Positions 18,556 through 28,500 of a stretch of DNA of 64,000 nucleotides are shown in pieces. This DNA comes from an uncultured Verrucomicrobiae bacterium (lineage in GTDB: Bacteria; Verrucomicrobiota; Verrucomicrobiia; Limisphaerales; Palsa-1400): the NCBI GenBank assembly GCA_963759415.1, contig CAVWZG010000004.1:327842-391841 (forward strand), read 5' to 3'. A program made the position numbers and the translations under genes. How positions within the stretch are numbered: the stretch's first letter is position 1; every line of letters starts with the position of its first letter. The notes beneath the pieces were generated by a model, which searched no databases, was not told where the DNA came from, and saw only the letters and a program-made list of their open reading frames with translations.

Positions 18556-19538
18556 GGATGGCCGGAGTCTTTGGGAGCGCTGAGGGCGCCGATGAGCAGG
18601 TGGGCCAGGATGTTGGTGACGATGGTGACCAGAAGGAGCACCAAGCCCAACTCAAAAAGGGCGCTGCGATACAAGTCATCGGCGGCTTCGGTGAATTCGT
18701 TGGCGATGGCGCTGGCCAGCGTGTAGCCGGGAGCGAACAGCGAACCGGAAATAGCGGGGCTGTTGCCGATAACCATGGTCACGGCCATCGTTTCGCCGAG
18801 GGCCCGGCCCAAGCCGAGCATGGCCGCTCCAAAAATGCCGCGTCTGGAGCTTTTCAACACCGCCAGCCGCGTCACCTCCCAGCGCGTCGCCCCCAAGGCA
18901 ATGGCGGCTTCGCGTTGCGAGTCCGGCACGGTCCGAAACACCTCGCGCGAAATGGAAGTGATGATGGGCACAATCATGATGGCGATGATGACGCCGGCGG
19001 AGAAGATGCTGGCGCCGTAGATGTGCCCGCGGAAAAACGGCAGAAACCCGAAGGCCTTTTGCAGCAGCGGGAATGGATGGTCGCGCAGCCAGGGCACGAG
19101 CACAAATAGCCCCCACAGTCCAAGGATGACGCTGGGAATGGCGGCCAGCATTTCAATCAGGGAAGTAGCCGGCTGGCGCACCCAGGCCGGCGCCAGTTCG
19201 GTCAGATAAATGGCGGTCGCCAAACTCAAGGGCAGTGCGATCATCAAGCCGAGCGCCGAGGAAACAAAAGTGCCGAAGATGAAAGGCAGCGCGCCAAAAT
19301 CGCCGTTGACCGGATCCCAGTCCGAGTGAAAGAGGAAGTGCCAGCCAAATTTTTTAAGCGAAAGCTCGGAACCTTGAAAGAGTTCCCAGCCAAGCAGCAC
19401 CACCAAAACGAAAACCATCATCGCCATGCTCCAAGTCAGCAGCTTGAAGGCGGCGTCGCCCGCTTTGGAGGGAGGGGCCAGGACGATGTTGGCCGGGAGC
19501 CTGGATAATTTGGTGGCGGTGGGCACGTTCGCAGCCAT
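18552..19538 (-). CDS. pstC: Phosphate ABC transporter permease PstC
   Basis: EAA-loop REAAIALGATRWEVTRLAVLKSSRRGIFGA, multi-TM. Start taken at ATG 19538 (MAANVPTATK...), just after the pstS stop at 19541. Confidence 0.85.
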   Translation of the reverse strand: MAANVPTATKLSRLPANIVLAPPSKAGDAAFKLLTWSMAMMVFVLVVLLGWELFQGSELSLKKFGWHFLFHSDWDPVNGDFGALPFIFGTFVSSALGLMIALPLSLATAIYLTELAPAWVRQPATSLIEMLAAIPSVILGLWGLFVLVPWLRDHPFPLLQKAFGFLPFFRGHIYGASIFSAGVIIAIMIVPIITSISREVFRTVPDSQREAAIALGATRWEVTRLAVLKSSRRGIFGAAMLGLGRALGETMAVTMVIGNSPAISGSLFAPGYTLASAIANEFTEAADDLYRSALFELGLVLLLVTIVTNILAHLLIGALSAPKDSGHP

Positions 19539-19540
19539 TC

Positions 19541-20566
19541 CTAATAACGGATGCCGGCAATTTCGGCCAGCACGCGTTTGCGCAAGTCCGGGGGCAACGG
19601 CGCGTAATTGAGTTGGGGCGCGATTTCTTCGCCCTCGTTCATGGCCCATTTGAGGAACTCGACCATCTTGCGGCCTTTCGCGGGGTTGGGTTGTTGTTGG
19701 TAAACCAGCAGCCAGGTGGCGCCCGCGATGGGGTAGGCGTCCGGACCGGACGGGTTGACCATCGAAAATCGGAAATCATCGGGAATGGTGGCGGTGGCCA
19801 GCGCTGCGGTGACGGATTGGACGGACGCAGCAATGAAATTTCCGGCGGCGTTCTTGACGCTGGCATAAGGCAGTTGGTTTTGCACGGCATAAACCAGTTC
19901 GACGTAGCCAATGGCGCCGGGCATCTGCTTGATCTGGCCGGTCACCCCCTCATTGCCTTTGGCGCCCAGGCCGGCGGGCCATTTGACAGCCGTGCCGCGC
20001 CCGACGCGTTTTTCCCATTGCTGGCTCACGCTGCTGAGGTAATCAACAAAGATAAATGTCGTGCCGCTGCCGTCGGCGCGATGAACCACCAGGATGTCGG
20101 CGTTGGGCAAGGCGACGCCGGGATTCTGCGCGGTCAGGCGGGGATCATTCCACTTGGTGATGTCACCCAAAAAAATGCCGGCGATGGTCGGGCCGTCGAG
20201 GCGGAGGCGGGGCGCGCCGGGGAGATTATAAGTGACGACGTCAGCGCCGGCCACGGTGGGGATATGCAGGATGGCGCCCGGGGCCTTGGCCAGGCTTTGG
20301 TCGCTCATCGGGCCGTCGGAAGCGCCGAAATCGACGGTGCGTTCGAGAATCTGCTTCTGACCGCCGCCGGAACCAATGGACTGGTAATTGAAGCGGACGG
20401 AGGGATCGACCCTGCTGTATTGGTCGAACCATTTGGAGTAGATGGGATACGGGAAAGTAGCGCCCGCGCCGTTGATGAGCAGTTGTGCGCCCGCGCGGCC
20501 CGCGCCGGCCAAAGCCAGCGCCGCCGCCACGCCAGCGAACCTCGTTAAAAAACGTCGTATTTTCAT
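19541..20566 (-). CDS. pstS: Phosphate ABC transporter substrate-binding protein PstS
   Basis: Signal peptide MKIRRFLTRFAGVAAALALAGAGRAGA, then INGAGATFPYPIYSKWFDQY...NYQSIGSGGGQKQ...FGASDGPMSD, typical of PstS. Confidence 0.85.
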   Translation of the reverse strand: MKIRRFLTRFAGVAAALALAGAGRAGAQLLINGAGATFPYPIYSKWFDQYSRVDPSVRFNYQSIGSGGGQKQILERTVDFGASDGPMSDQSLAKAPGAILHIPTVAGADVVTYNLPGAPRLRLDGPTIAGIFLGDITKWNDPRLTAQNPGVALPNADILVVHRADGSGTTFIFVDYLSSVSQQWEKRVGRGTAVKWPAGLGAKGNEGVTGQIKQMPGAIGYVELVYAVQNQLPYASVKNAAGNFIAASVQSVTAALATATIPDDFRFSMVNPSGPDAYPIAGATWLLVYQQQPNPAKGRKMVEFLKWAMNEGEEIAPQLNYAPLPPDLRKRVLAEIAGIRY

Positions 20567-20633
20567 TTCGTGTTTGTGGGCGATAACGCCCCCCAAGCTT
20601 ATTAGCGTGGCAGCGTGACAAAGAAAGAACAAC

Positions 20634-20655
20634 TGTGTGACGTTTGTGTGACGTT
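20634..20655 (-). promoter_or_regulatory. Candidate Pho box: perfect 11-bp tandem direct repeat upstream of pstS
   Basis: The plus strand reads TGTGTGACGTT TGTGTGACGTT (20634-20644, 20645-20655), which is AACGTCACACA x2 on the pstS strand. It lies 68-89 nt upstream of the pstS ATG. A further GTGACA half-site lies at about 20615-20620. The 11-bp periodicity matches PhoB-box architecture. Confidence 0.4.
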
Positions 20656-20668
20656 TTCGGAGGCGCTA

Positions 20669-22171
20669 TCAATTGGCAAACTTGGCGCGCACGTAGTCAA
20701 CGTGATCGCGGATACCGGTTGGTTCGCCGGTGGCCAGGCGGATGAGTTCTTGCGGGGTGTGGCGCGATCCCTGGCGGTGGATCTTCTCCCGCAACCACGA
20801 CAAGAGCGGCTGGTATTCGCCGCGCGCGAGCTGGCCCGCCAGGCCGGGAATCTCCGTGGCGGCGCGGCGCATGAGTTGCGCGGCGTTGAGATTGCCCAGC
20901 GTGTAGGTGGGGAAATAGCCGATCAGGCCGATCGACCAATGGATGTCTTGCAGGCAGCCTTCGGAGTCCTTGGGCACTTTCAGGCCGAACATCTTTTCGA
21001 ATTGTTCGTTCCAATACGCGGGCACGTCCGCCGTTTGCAAGTTCCCTTCGACCAAATTCACCTCGATCTCAAAGCGGAGGATGATGTGCAAATCGTAGGT
21101 CACCTGATCGGCTTCGACGCGGATGAAGGATGGGGCCACGCGATTGACGGCGGCGGTGATTTGCGCGGGCGAAAGGTTTTTCAAGCCGGGAAAATGTTCG
21201 CACGCCACCGGGTGCCAGCGCTCCCAAAACGCGGGGCCGCGCCCGACGTGGTTCTCCCACAGGCGCGATTGGGACTCGTGAATGGCCAGCGAGACGGCGG
21301 TGCCGTTGGGAGCGCCGAAGTCCTCCACCGGAAGCCCCTGTTCATACAAACCGTGGCCGGCTTCGTGCAGAACGCCGTAAAGGGATTGGGTGAAATCCGT
21401 TTCGTTGTAACGGGTGGTCAAGCGGCAATCGCCCGCGCCCAAGGTGGTGCAAAACGGGTGGGTGGTCGTGTCGATGCGGCCGGCGTTGAAATCAAACCCG
21501 ATGGCTTCCGCCACCTTGCGATTGAAGGCCTGCTGCGCCGCGACCGGATACTGGCCCTGCAACAAATCGGCCGGCACGGCGGCGGACTTGGCCACGGCGG
21601 GAGCGAGAACGGAGGAGATGGCCGGACGCAATTCCGAAAAGAGCTGGCGTAGCTGCGCGGCGGTGGCGCCCTGCTCGTATCCTTCCACCAGGGCGTCGTA
21701 GGGGCAAGCCTGGTAGCCCCAGCAATCGGCCATTTGGCGTGTCAAGGCGAGGACCTTGTCGAGGTGGGGTTTGAAAAGGGCGAATTGGGATTGCTGGCGC
21801 GCCTGACGCCAAGCCTCGCGCGCGTGGGCGCGGACTTTCTCCAGCTTCTCCACCAGGCGGGCCGGAACTTTGGTGGCGCGATCGTATTGACGCCGCCATT
21901 CGCGGAGATTGCCGGATTCGGCGGCTTCAGGCGGGAACCCGTGCTGTTCGCATTCGGAGATCCATTGGCCGACTTGCCGGGCAGTAAACCGGCGATGAGC
22001 ATGGCCGGAGAGCCAGGCTAATTGTTCGGCCCGGTAAGGCAGCGCTTTGGCGGGCATGTAGGTGTCCTGATCCCACGTCAGCGCGTTGGCGGCGCTGGTG
22101 GCCAGGGCCATTTCCCGCGCGCGACGGAGCAGCTTTTTGTAGGCAACCGGGGCGTCTGGCAAAGTAATCAT
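20669..22171 (-). CDS. M32 carboxypeptidase (carboxypeptidase Taq family)
   Basis: HEAGHGLYEQG (HExxH), IHESQSRLWEN, DRIHWS-like DIHWSIGLIGYFPTYTLGN. Start taken at MITLPDAP (22171). Confidence 0.85.
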   Translation of the reverse strand: MITLPDAPVAYKKLLRRAREMALATSAANALTWDQDTYMPAKALPYRAEQLAWLSGHAHRRFTARQVGQWISECEQHGFPPEAAESGNLREWRRQYDRATKVPARLVEKLEKVRAHAREAWRQARQQSQFALFKPHLDKVLALTRQMADCWGYQACPYDALVEGYEQGATAAQLRQLFSELRPAISSVLAPAVAKSAAVPADLLQGQYPVAAQQAFNRKVAEAIGFDFNAGRIDTTTHPFCTTLGAGDCRLTTRYNETDFTQSLYGVLHEAGHGLYEQGLPVEDFGAPNGTAVSLAIHESQSRLWENHVGRGPAFWERWHPVACEHFPGLKNLSPAQITAAVNRVAPSFIRVEADQVTYDLHIILRFEIEVNLVEGNLQTADVPAYWNEQFEKMFGLKVPKDSEGCLQDIHWSIGLIGYFPTYTLGNLNAAQLMRRAATEIPGLAGQLARGEYQPLLSWLREKIHRQGSRHTPQELIRLATGEPTGIRDHVDYVRAKFAN

Positions 22172-22252
22172 ACTTGGAAATGTGGCCCGTTTATGTTTGG
22201 CCGACAATGGAAAACTGGACAACAGCCTGGGAGTTCTCTAGCGTGCGGGCCA

Positions 22253-23512
22253 ATGAGCAATGATGCGGAGCAACGCCCCGCGCGCATTCTATCCATTGAC
22301 GCAGCGCGCGGACTGATCATGTTGAGCATGATATTTGTCAATGATCTTGGTGAAGCCTCGCACAGGGTGGTGCCGGATTGGCTGCGCCACTACCAGGGGC
22401 CAAATGGGATGACGTTTGTGGACCTGGTTTTCCCGGCATTTCTTTTCATCGTGGGCATGTCCATTCCGTCCGCGCTGGGCGGGCGCTTGCGGGCCGGCGA
22501 GCCGCTTTGGAAAACGCTCCGGCATATCGTGACGCGCGCGCTCTCCCTGCTGCTCGTCGGCATCCTGATGGTCAACGACCATGACGCCGCCCCGTCGATG
22601 GCCGGGCTTTCCCCCACCCTGTGGACCGTGCTCATGTATTCTTGCGCCTTGCTCGCCTTCTGCTCCATCTCACCGCCGGCCCGGCTGGAACCGTCCGCCG
22701 AAAGCATAAAGCGCTGGCAATGGATCTCGCGGATACTGCGCTACGCAGGCTTGGCCGGATTGCTGGCGCTTGCCTTCATTTTCCAAGGCGACAAGGGCCA
22801 GCGCATCATCACTCTGTCACCTTTCGACATTCATCACGCCTGGTACGGAATTCTCGGACTGATTGCCTGGGCCTACCTGGTGGGTGCGGTGGTCTATCTG
22901 ACATTTCGGTCCAGCGCGCTCGCGCTGCTGGGCAGCATGGCGTTGCTCCTGGCCCTTTACGCGGCGGACAAGACGGGGACCTTCGAGGGTTTCTGGCTTC
23001 GCCACTACATCGGCATCGGCGTCATGCTGGGCGGGCACCCTTCCATTACCGTCGCCGGACTGCTCCTGGCCTCAATCTTGCCGCCGTCGGGGCCAACGAG
23101 CTTGACTGCGAGGGTGCGTTTCACGGGCTGGTTCATTCTCGGATGCGCCGCCGCAGCCTGGTTGCTCGGAGGACTTTACGGCATCAGCAAGAACAAGGCG
23201 ACGCCTTCCTGGTGTCTGTGGGCTTGCGCCTGCACCGCGATACTCTGGCTGGTTTTCCATCTCCTTGCTGACAACGGTCCCATTCATCCGATGGCCAAAG
23301 TTTTCGCCCTGGCCGGCCGGAACGTGTTGCTGGCGTATTTGCTTTCGGAAATGGCGCCGGCCGCCTTCGCTCTTTTTGGAGTGAATCAATGGTATGACAA
23401 GGCAGGTGACATCAGCCTCGCGGCGGCGCTGGCGCGCTCCATCGGCATAGCCATCGCCCTGCTGGCGGCGACGGTGGGTTTGAACCGCCTCGGTTTCCGC
23501 CTCAGGCTCTAA
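22253..23512 (+). CDS. DUF5009/heparan-alpha-glucosaminide N-acetyltransferase-like multi-pass membrane protein
   Basis: From ATG 22253: MSNDAEQRPARILSIDAARGLIMLSMIFVNDLG...NGMTFVDLVFPAFLFIVGMSIPSAL, then about 10 further hydrophobic spans. The family call is from memory. Confidence 0.55.
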   Translation: MSNDAEQRPARILSIDAARGLIMLSMIFVNDLGEASHRVVPDWLRHYQGPNGMTFVDLVFPAFLFIVGMSIPSALGGRLRAGEPLWKTLRHIVTRALSLLLVGILMVNDHDAAPSMAGLSPTLWTVLMYSCALLAFCSISPPARLEPSAESIKRWQWISRILRYAGLAGLLALAFIFQGDKGQRIITLSPFDIHHAWYGILGLIAWAYLVGAVVYLTFRSSALALLGSMALLLALYAADKTGTFEGFWLRHYIGIGVMLGGHPSITVAGLLLASILPPSGPTSLTARVRFTGWFILGCAAAAWLLGGLYGISKNKATPSWCLWACACTAILWLVFHLLADNGPIHPMAKVFALAGRNVLLAYLLSEMAPAAFALFGVNQWYDKAGDISLAAALARSIGIAIALLAATVGLNRLGFRLRL

Positions 23513-23536
23513 TAGGATACAAATTCGCTGGCGGCG

Positions 23537-23821
23537 GTGTCCATTGGTCAAATGCGTCTTGCGCCACAGAACCGGCGGCGGATGACCGGAACCATCATCT
23601 GCCTGGCCGTTGCCTTGGGAACATGGTTTTGGTGGAGCTATCTGCCGCCGCCACCCGACCCGTGGATCCTGGACCTGGCCAACAATCCGGACAAATTTTT
23701 CCTCTGGGGCACGGGCACAAATTTCAACTACAGCTTCACCTACGATCCCCACGCCGCGGATGAATGGCGCTTTGAACACGGCACTTTCCCGGAATCGGCC
23801 CTTGCGGAAACGAACCGCTGA
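23537..23821 (+). CDS. Small hypothetical membrane-anchored protein
   Basis: 94-aa ORF with one TM span (TGTIICLAVALGTWFWW). No recognisable family; coding status is uncertain. Confidence 0.25.
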   Translation: MSIGQMRLAPQNRRRMTGTIICLAVALGTWFWWSYLPPPPDPWILDLANNPDKFFLWGTGTNFNYSFTYDPHAADEWRFEHGTFPESALAETNR

Positions 23822-23996
23822 AGGCGCTGGGATTCTGGAAATGCGACATTCGCGCGAAGTGGAACAGGAGGTATTGGACATCCTCGAGCGCCATGAATCC
23901 GCCGGCAAAATGCCAATATCCGCAGCCTTGCAGCGCGGCAGGTTCCTCTTTCGCCGAGATTGCAATGCGTGGGACAAGGAGTAAAATCTGCGCCAC

Positions 23997-24464
23997 ATGA
24001 TTTGGCGCGTCATTTTGTTTTGGCTGGTGGGCGCAATGCTCGCCTTGGCTGATTTGCCGCGTCATTCTGCCTGCGATTCCTTCGTGGGCTTCCGGAGCGC
24101 TGTTCCGGTGGACGGGGCCATTCCAACGGCCGCGTTGCCGGACGTGAGCTTGGGTTATGCCTACGATTTTGCGGGCCGACTGATGTCAGCCACAAACAAC
24201 TCGCTGATTTGGCCTGATGTGATGGACTACGGATACGACCAAAATAATTCCGGCAGGTCGGCTCCGGCACGGGTGCGGCGGTTGACGAGCGAAAGAAAAA
24301 AAGAGGATTGCCAGAGGCCACGGCCTTTTGAAACCTTGACCATGCTGGTTTTATGTGGCATCGAAATCCAGCTTCGTTCCGACTGCCTTTTTTGCTGCCG
24401 ACGTGGTCGGGCACTTTGGTCGGAAAGGAGGGGCCAAGGGGCCGAGTCTGACAAAATGAAATGA
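23997..24464 (+). pseudogene. Possible N-terminal fragment of an RHS/YD-repeat protein
   Basis: Signal-like MIWRVILFWLVGAMLALA followed by two YD-repeat-like units (LGYAYDFAGRLMSATNN; MDYGYDQNN). Beyond about 24240 the ORF becomes low-complexity and the DNA turns AT-richer. Confidence 0.3.
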
Positions 24465-24499
24465 ATTCAAACCGTCAATGGTCCAAGCGCCAAGCCTGA

Positions 24500-25573
24500 A
24501 TGGAAACAACGCTCATCATCTTGGGGGCGGGTTGTTCGCTGAATCGGTATCCACTAGCGAAAGATATGCTGGCGCATCTGAAGCAATTTAGTGAGGGCCT
24601 TGGAACGAATGCTTCTCGATTGCGCAAACTCGTTGAGCAAACCGTTGAACTCTTTGATAAACTGCACGCTAAGGGAATAATGGCCCAAACGCTCGATGAT
24701 CTTGCCCGGATTGTCCACAACGGCCAACTGGCCGACAACAACCTCGGCACGAACCACATCAAGAACAACCGCTTGGTCGCAGACGCGAAAGTTGCGGTGG
24801 CGGCACTGTTTCTCTCGAAAGAAGCCGAAGCGATGAAAGACGGACTGACGGGCTATCGAACCCTGATGAATCGTGTCCTTGCCAGCAACTTTGGCACGGA
24901 TTATCGCGTTGCGTTGAAAAACACTCCATATCGCGTCCTAACGTTCAATTATGACAGGCTTTTTGAATTAGCGTTTCGCCAGTGTTTTCCATACGACGGG
25001 ACAGAAGCTTTCTACGGCCCAACAGTCCTGAATTCTGGCCTGTACTACGTTTTGCCGCAAAAAGTTGAGGTTGATTTGAGCCGATTTGCGTTCCTGAAAT
25101 TGCATGGTTCGGTTGGCCTCTACAGCTACGAGGAAGGCAACGGTTGCGACCATCTTCATGAAATCCCAGACCTTGTCCAACCAACGCCAATCACCGATGA
25201 AGAATTCTTCCTGGCCGGCGGCTACGGCCTCCACTCCAATAAACCGAAGCCGACGTTGATTGTGTTTCCTCACGAGAAGGACTTCGTCCGTGATTATCCA
25301 GGCAACCACTTTCCGTTCAGATTCTACATTCCCGAAGTCTGGAAAGCCGCCCGCTATTTCGCCAGCCAAGCAAAAGAAATCTGGATACTCGGCTACTCCT
25401 GCCCTGAACCGGATTTTGCCGCGTGGCATTCGTTGTTCACGGCTGCGACCGACTGTCAACACATCGTGATTCAGAATCCCTCAGCCGCAAAAATGTGCGA
25501 GCGACTGAAAGCGCGGATGCCTAAACACGCGCATCTTTTTAAACCCGTTGCACATTGCTTTGAAGACATCTAA
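24500..25573 (+). CDS. SIR2-like (SIR2_2-type) putative NAD+-consuming effector protein
   Basis: Ordered motif set: LIILGAGCS (aa 5-13), VLTFNYDRLFE (146-156, Asn150), FLKLHGSVG (198-206, His202), IWILGYSCPEPD (294-305). 43% GC in a 60-nt spot count (24601-24660). Confidence 0.7.
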   Translation: METTLIILGAGCSLNRYPLAKDMLAHLKQFSEGLGTNASRLRKLVEQTVELFDKLHAKGIMAQTLDDLARIVHNGQLADNNLGTNHIKNNRLVADAKVAVAALFLSKEAEAMKDGLTGYRTLMNRVLASNFGTDYRVALKNTPYRVLTFNYDRLFELAFRQCFPYDGTEAFYGPTVLNSGLYYVLPQKVEVDLSRFAFLKLHGSVGLYSYEEGNGCDHLHEIPDLVQPTPITDEEFFLAGGYGLHSNKPKPTLIVFPHEKDFVRDYPGNHFPFRFYIPEVWKAARYFASQAKEIWILGYSCPEPDFAAWHSLFTAATDCQHIVIQNPSAAKMCERLKARMPKHAHLFKPVAHCFEDI

Positions 25574-25592
25574 GATTTGAAATAATCAAACC

Positions 25593-28500
25593 ATGCCCTT
25601 CCAAGCCTACCTGCCCGTCGGATTCGCCCACAGCCACGAGAGCAGGATGTTCGAGCAATTGACAAGGGTGTTGGCGGCTGGCTTCAACTCCGACAAGAAG
25701 TCGGTATATCTCATAGGCAATGCTATGTTCGACGACAAGGAACTGGACGCGGTGCTGCTTAAAGGCGACGCCCTCTTTGTTATCGACATGAAGGATTATG
25801 GGGGGCTTATCCATTTCTCGGAGACCACCGAATGGTTCGCCGATGAAGTCGAGGTTAGAGGAGGCGCTCAGGGCAATCCCTACCGCCAAATCCGCAACAA
25901 CAAGTTCGCCCTCCTCAATTTCCTCAAACGCAAAGGCCCCCGAATCCTTCCACCGCCTGAAGTCTCCCAATATTGGCACATCTGCGGCGTTGTGCTTTTT
26001 GGGCAAGACATCCATCTTGACGAAAAGATGCCGCAGAGCATCAGCGACTGGTTCACCATCTGTGATTTCCGGTCACTGTTGAAAGCTATCTCCCCATTCC
26101 GCACGCGCGGACGCTCGCTACCAGATGCAGACCTCGCGAGGATGGTCGGGTGCCTTGGTCTCAACGAACGCCATCTCTATACAGGCGCGGCAGCACCCGC
26201 ACCTGTCAAGGCCCTGGCCGTGCAGGCACCAGCGCAGGCAGCGCGGTTGCAGGTGCTCTATTACAACCAGTCCCACTTCCGCAACGCGTTGCTGGCCCTC
26301 CGCCAGTCCGGCGGGCGCAAGACGGCCGCCGCCACGCGGTTGCTCATTCTCATCCAACAAACGGGCGAAGGCATTGATTCCTTCGCCACCCTGCCTGCCT
26401 CGCCGGATGCCCGCATTGAAAACGCGCTCATCTACGTGCTGAACGAGGAAGCGCGATTCGTAGCCATCAAAAGCAACTCGACGGTTCACCTGTGCTTCTG
26501 TGGAACTCCGTCAGAGGTGGAAACTTGGCTACAAGTGAATGCGGGTTTAACATTGGCTGTTGACGCAGAAACACTCCGCATCGACCCCACTGTTGTGACG
26601 ACGCAAGCTACCCAAACAGTCCTCGCTCCGACTCGGATGACTGAGGACAATCAGAATTTCCTCATTCGTGTGAAGGGACTCGACTTGGAAAGTCTCGTTT
26701 CATCCTCGCTTGTTAGACGTCACCTGCTCGGCCTCAACGAAAATTCCAGCGACGAACTGATACAAGAGGTTCTTGGTGCCGTATCCGACGAAGACGTTCG
26801 TCTCTTTCTCCGCGATGTCATTTCGTCAGCTAAAGCTGGTGACATCACGGGAGCAGAAACGCGGATACGACTGCGCAAGAGCGAGGCTTGCCCCGTGATT
26901 GATGCCCCAGGGCTGACGCATCAGGCCATCAGTTCTAACGCGAATCCCGACCAAGTGACGAACCTGAGCGATACCGATCCCAAAGAGTTAGAGAGGTTGT
27001 TCGATCAAGATTTTGAAAAATGGATGCTCCATCTCCACAAAGATCAAGAGAACCTTGCGAAAGCCGACTTTGATAAGCCTGTTGTGCTCACAGGTGTCTC
27101 CGGTAGTGGAAAAACGTGTGTTTTGGTTCACCGCGCTCGCTATCTTGCGCGCAAATATCCTGGCGAGCGCATTGCGATTTTAACGCTCAACCGTTCATTG
27201 GCTGGTTTGCTGCGGAACCTCGTCAACCGCCTTTGTCTCGACGGCGAGGCCAAGAATATTCATGTGATGGCATTCTATGACTACTTCAGCCAGTTGCTAC
27301 ATGACTTAGGACCGGGCGAGTATCTTAATCAGCTTTCCGAGCAAGCGCCCGAGTCCTCCGTGACGCAGGATGTCATTGATGCGGTAAACGTCCGGAGATT
27401 GGCCCGCGAATTTGACCCGTTGAGCGGCGAAACCACCGAAGATACTTGGGAAGATTTCTACGCCAGCCAGAATCCTGAGGTAAAAGAATGGTTCGCCGAA
27501 ATCTGCCATTACTTGGAAGAATACCGCATCGACGCCTCTCGGTATCTTCGCGAGGAGTTCACTCTTGCCCGCAGCGCGTTCCCAGTTTCGGACCGCCTGC
27601 GAGGCTATACTTCCTTTGAGCGAAAAGGGCGGAGTATCCCGCTACAGCCGAAACATCGCTCACAAATTCTCAAACTGCTCCTGCTTTTCGAGGAATACAT
27701 GCTGGCAGGAGAAGTGCTCGACGTGCTCGAACTCACCCTTGCCGTCACACCGCTCTGGCGGCAAATCCGCGACCTTCCAGCGGTAAAAAAATTCCGTTGC
27801 GTGCTGGTGGACGAATTCCAGGACTTCTCGACACTCGACCTTCGCCTGCTGATGTGGGTTCCGCCACGCGATGCCCAAAACGCCCTCTTTCTGACCGGGG
27901 ACCCGGTTCAAAAAATACTGGTCAAAAGATTGAGCCTCGGTGATGCGGGGCTGGCCGGAAAGGAAAGGATAGCCGGGAGCGTTGAGGGGCCGGTGGTTGC
28001 AGAAGCCAATGCAATTCATTTCACGATTAAGAAGAATTACAGAAACTGCCGTTTGATTCTCCGTGCGGCCAGCAAACTCGCCAATGTGTATGGCGAACTG
28101 GCGCGGAAATCGGGAGAGGAAATCGAGGTTCTTGACGCAGAACTGGCCATTCACGAAAGGGCCAAGCCGATTGCGCTAAAGACGAACAACCAGGTCAAGA
28201 AGGCGTGGGAAATCGCCCGTCAATGCTTGGCTGAAGGCCAGACGCAAGCATGGACAATTTGCATAGCCAGTGCATCCACACACAGGTACCCCACCGACGC
28301 AATCTTGGCAATGCGGCCACCAGGTTTGCAGGCGGAAGTTCTCAGTGGCGACTACATCAAGAAGCCGGATACGGTTGTGGTCAGCACTCTGAACGACCTC
28401 AAGGGATTTGAGTTCAACTTGGTAGTAGTCATCGGTTGCGATGAAGGCGTTTGCCCGGCGTCTAACGTGGCAGAGGGTGAAGTCTGGAGGGATGCGCTCC

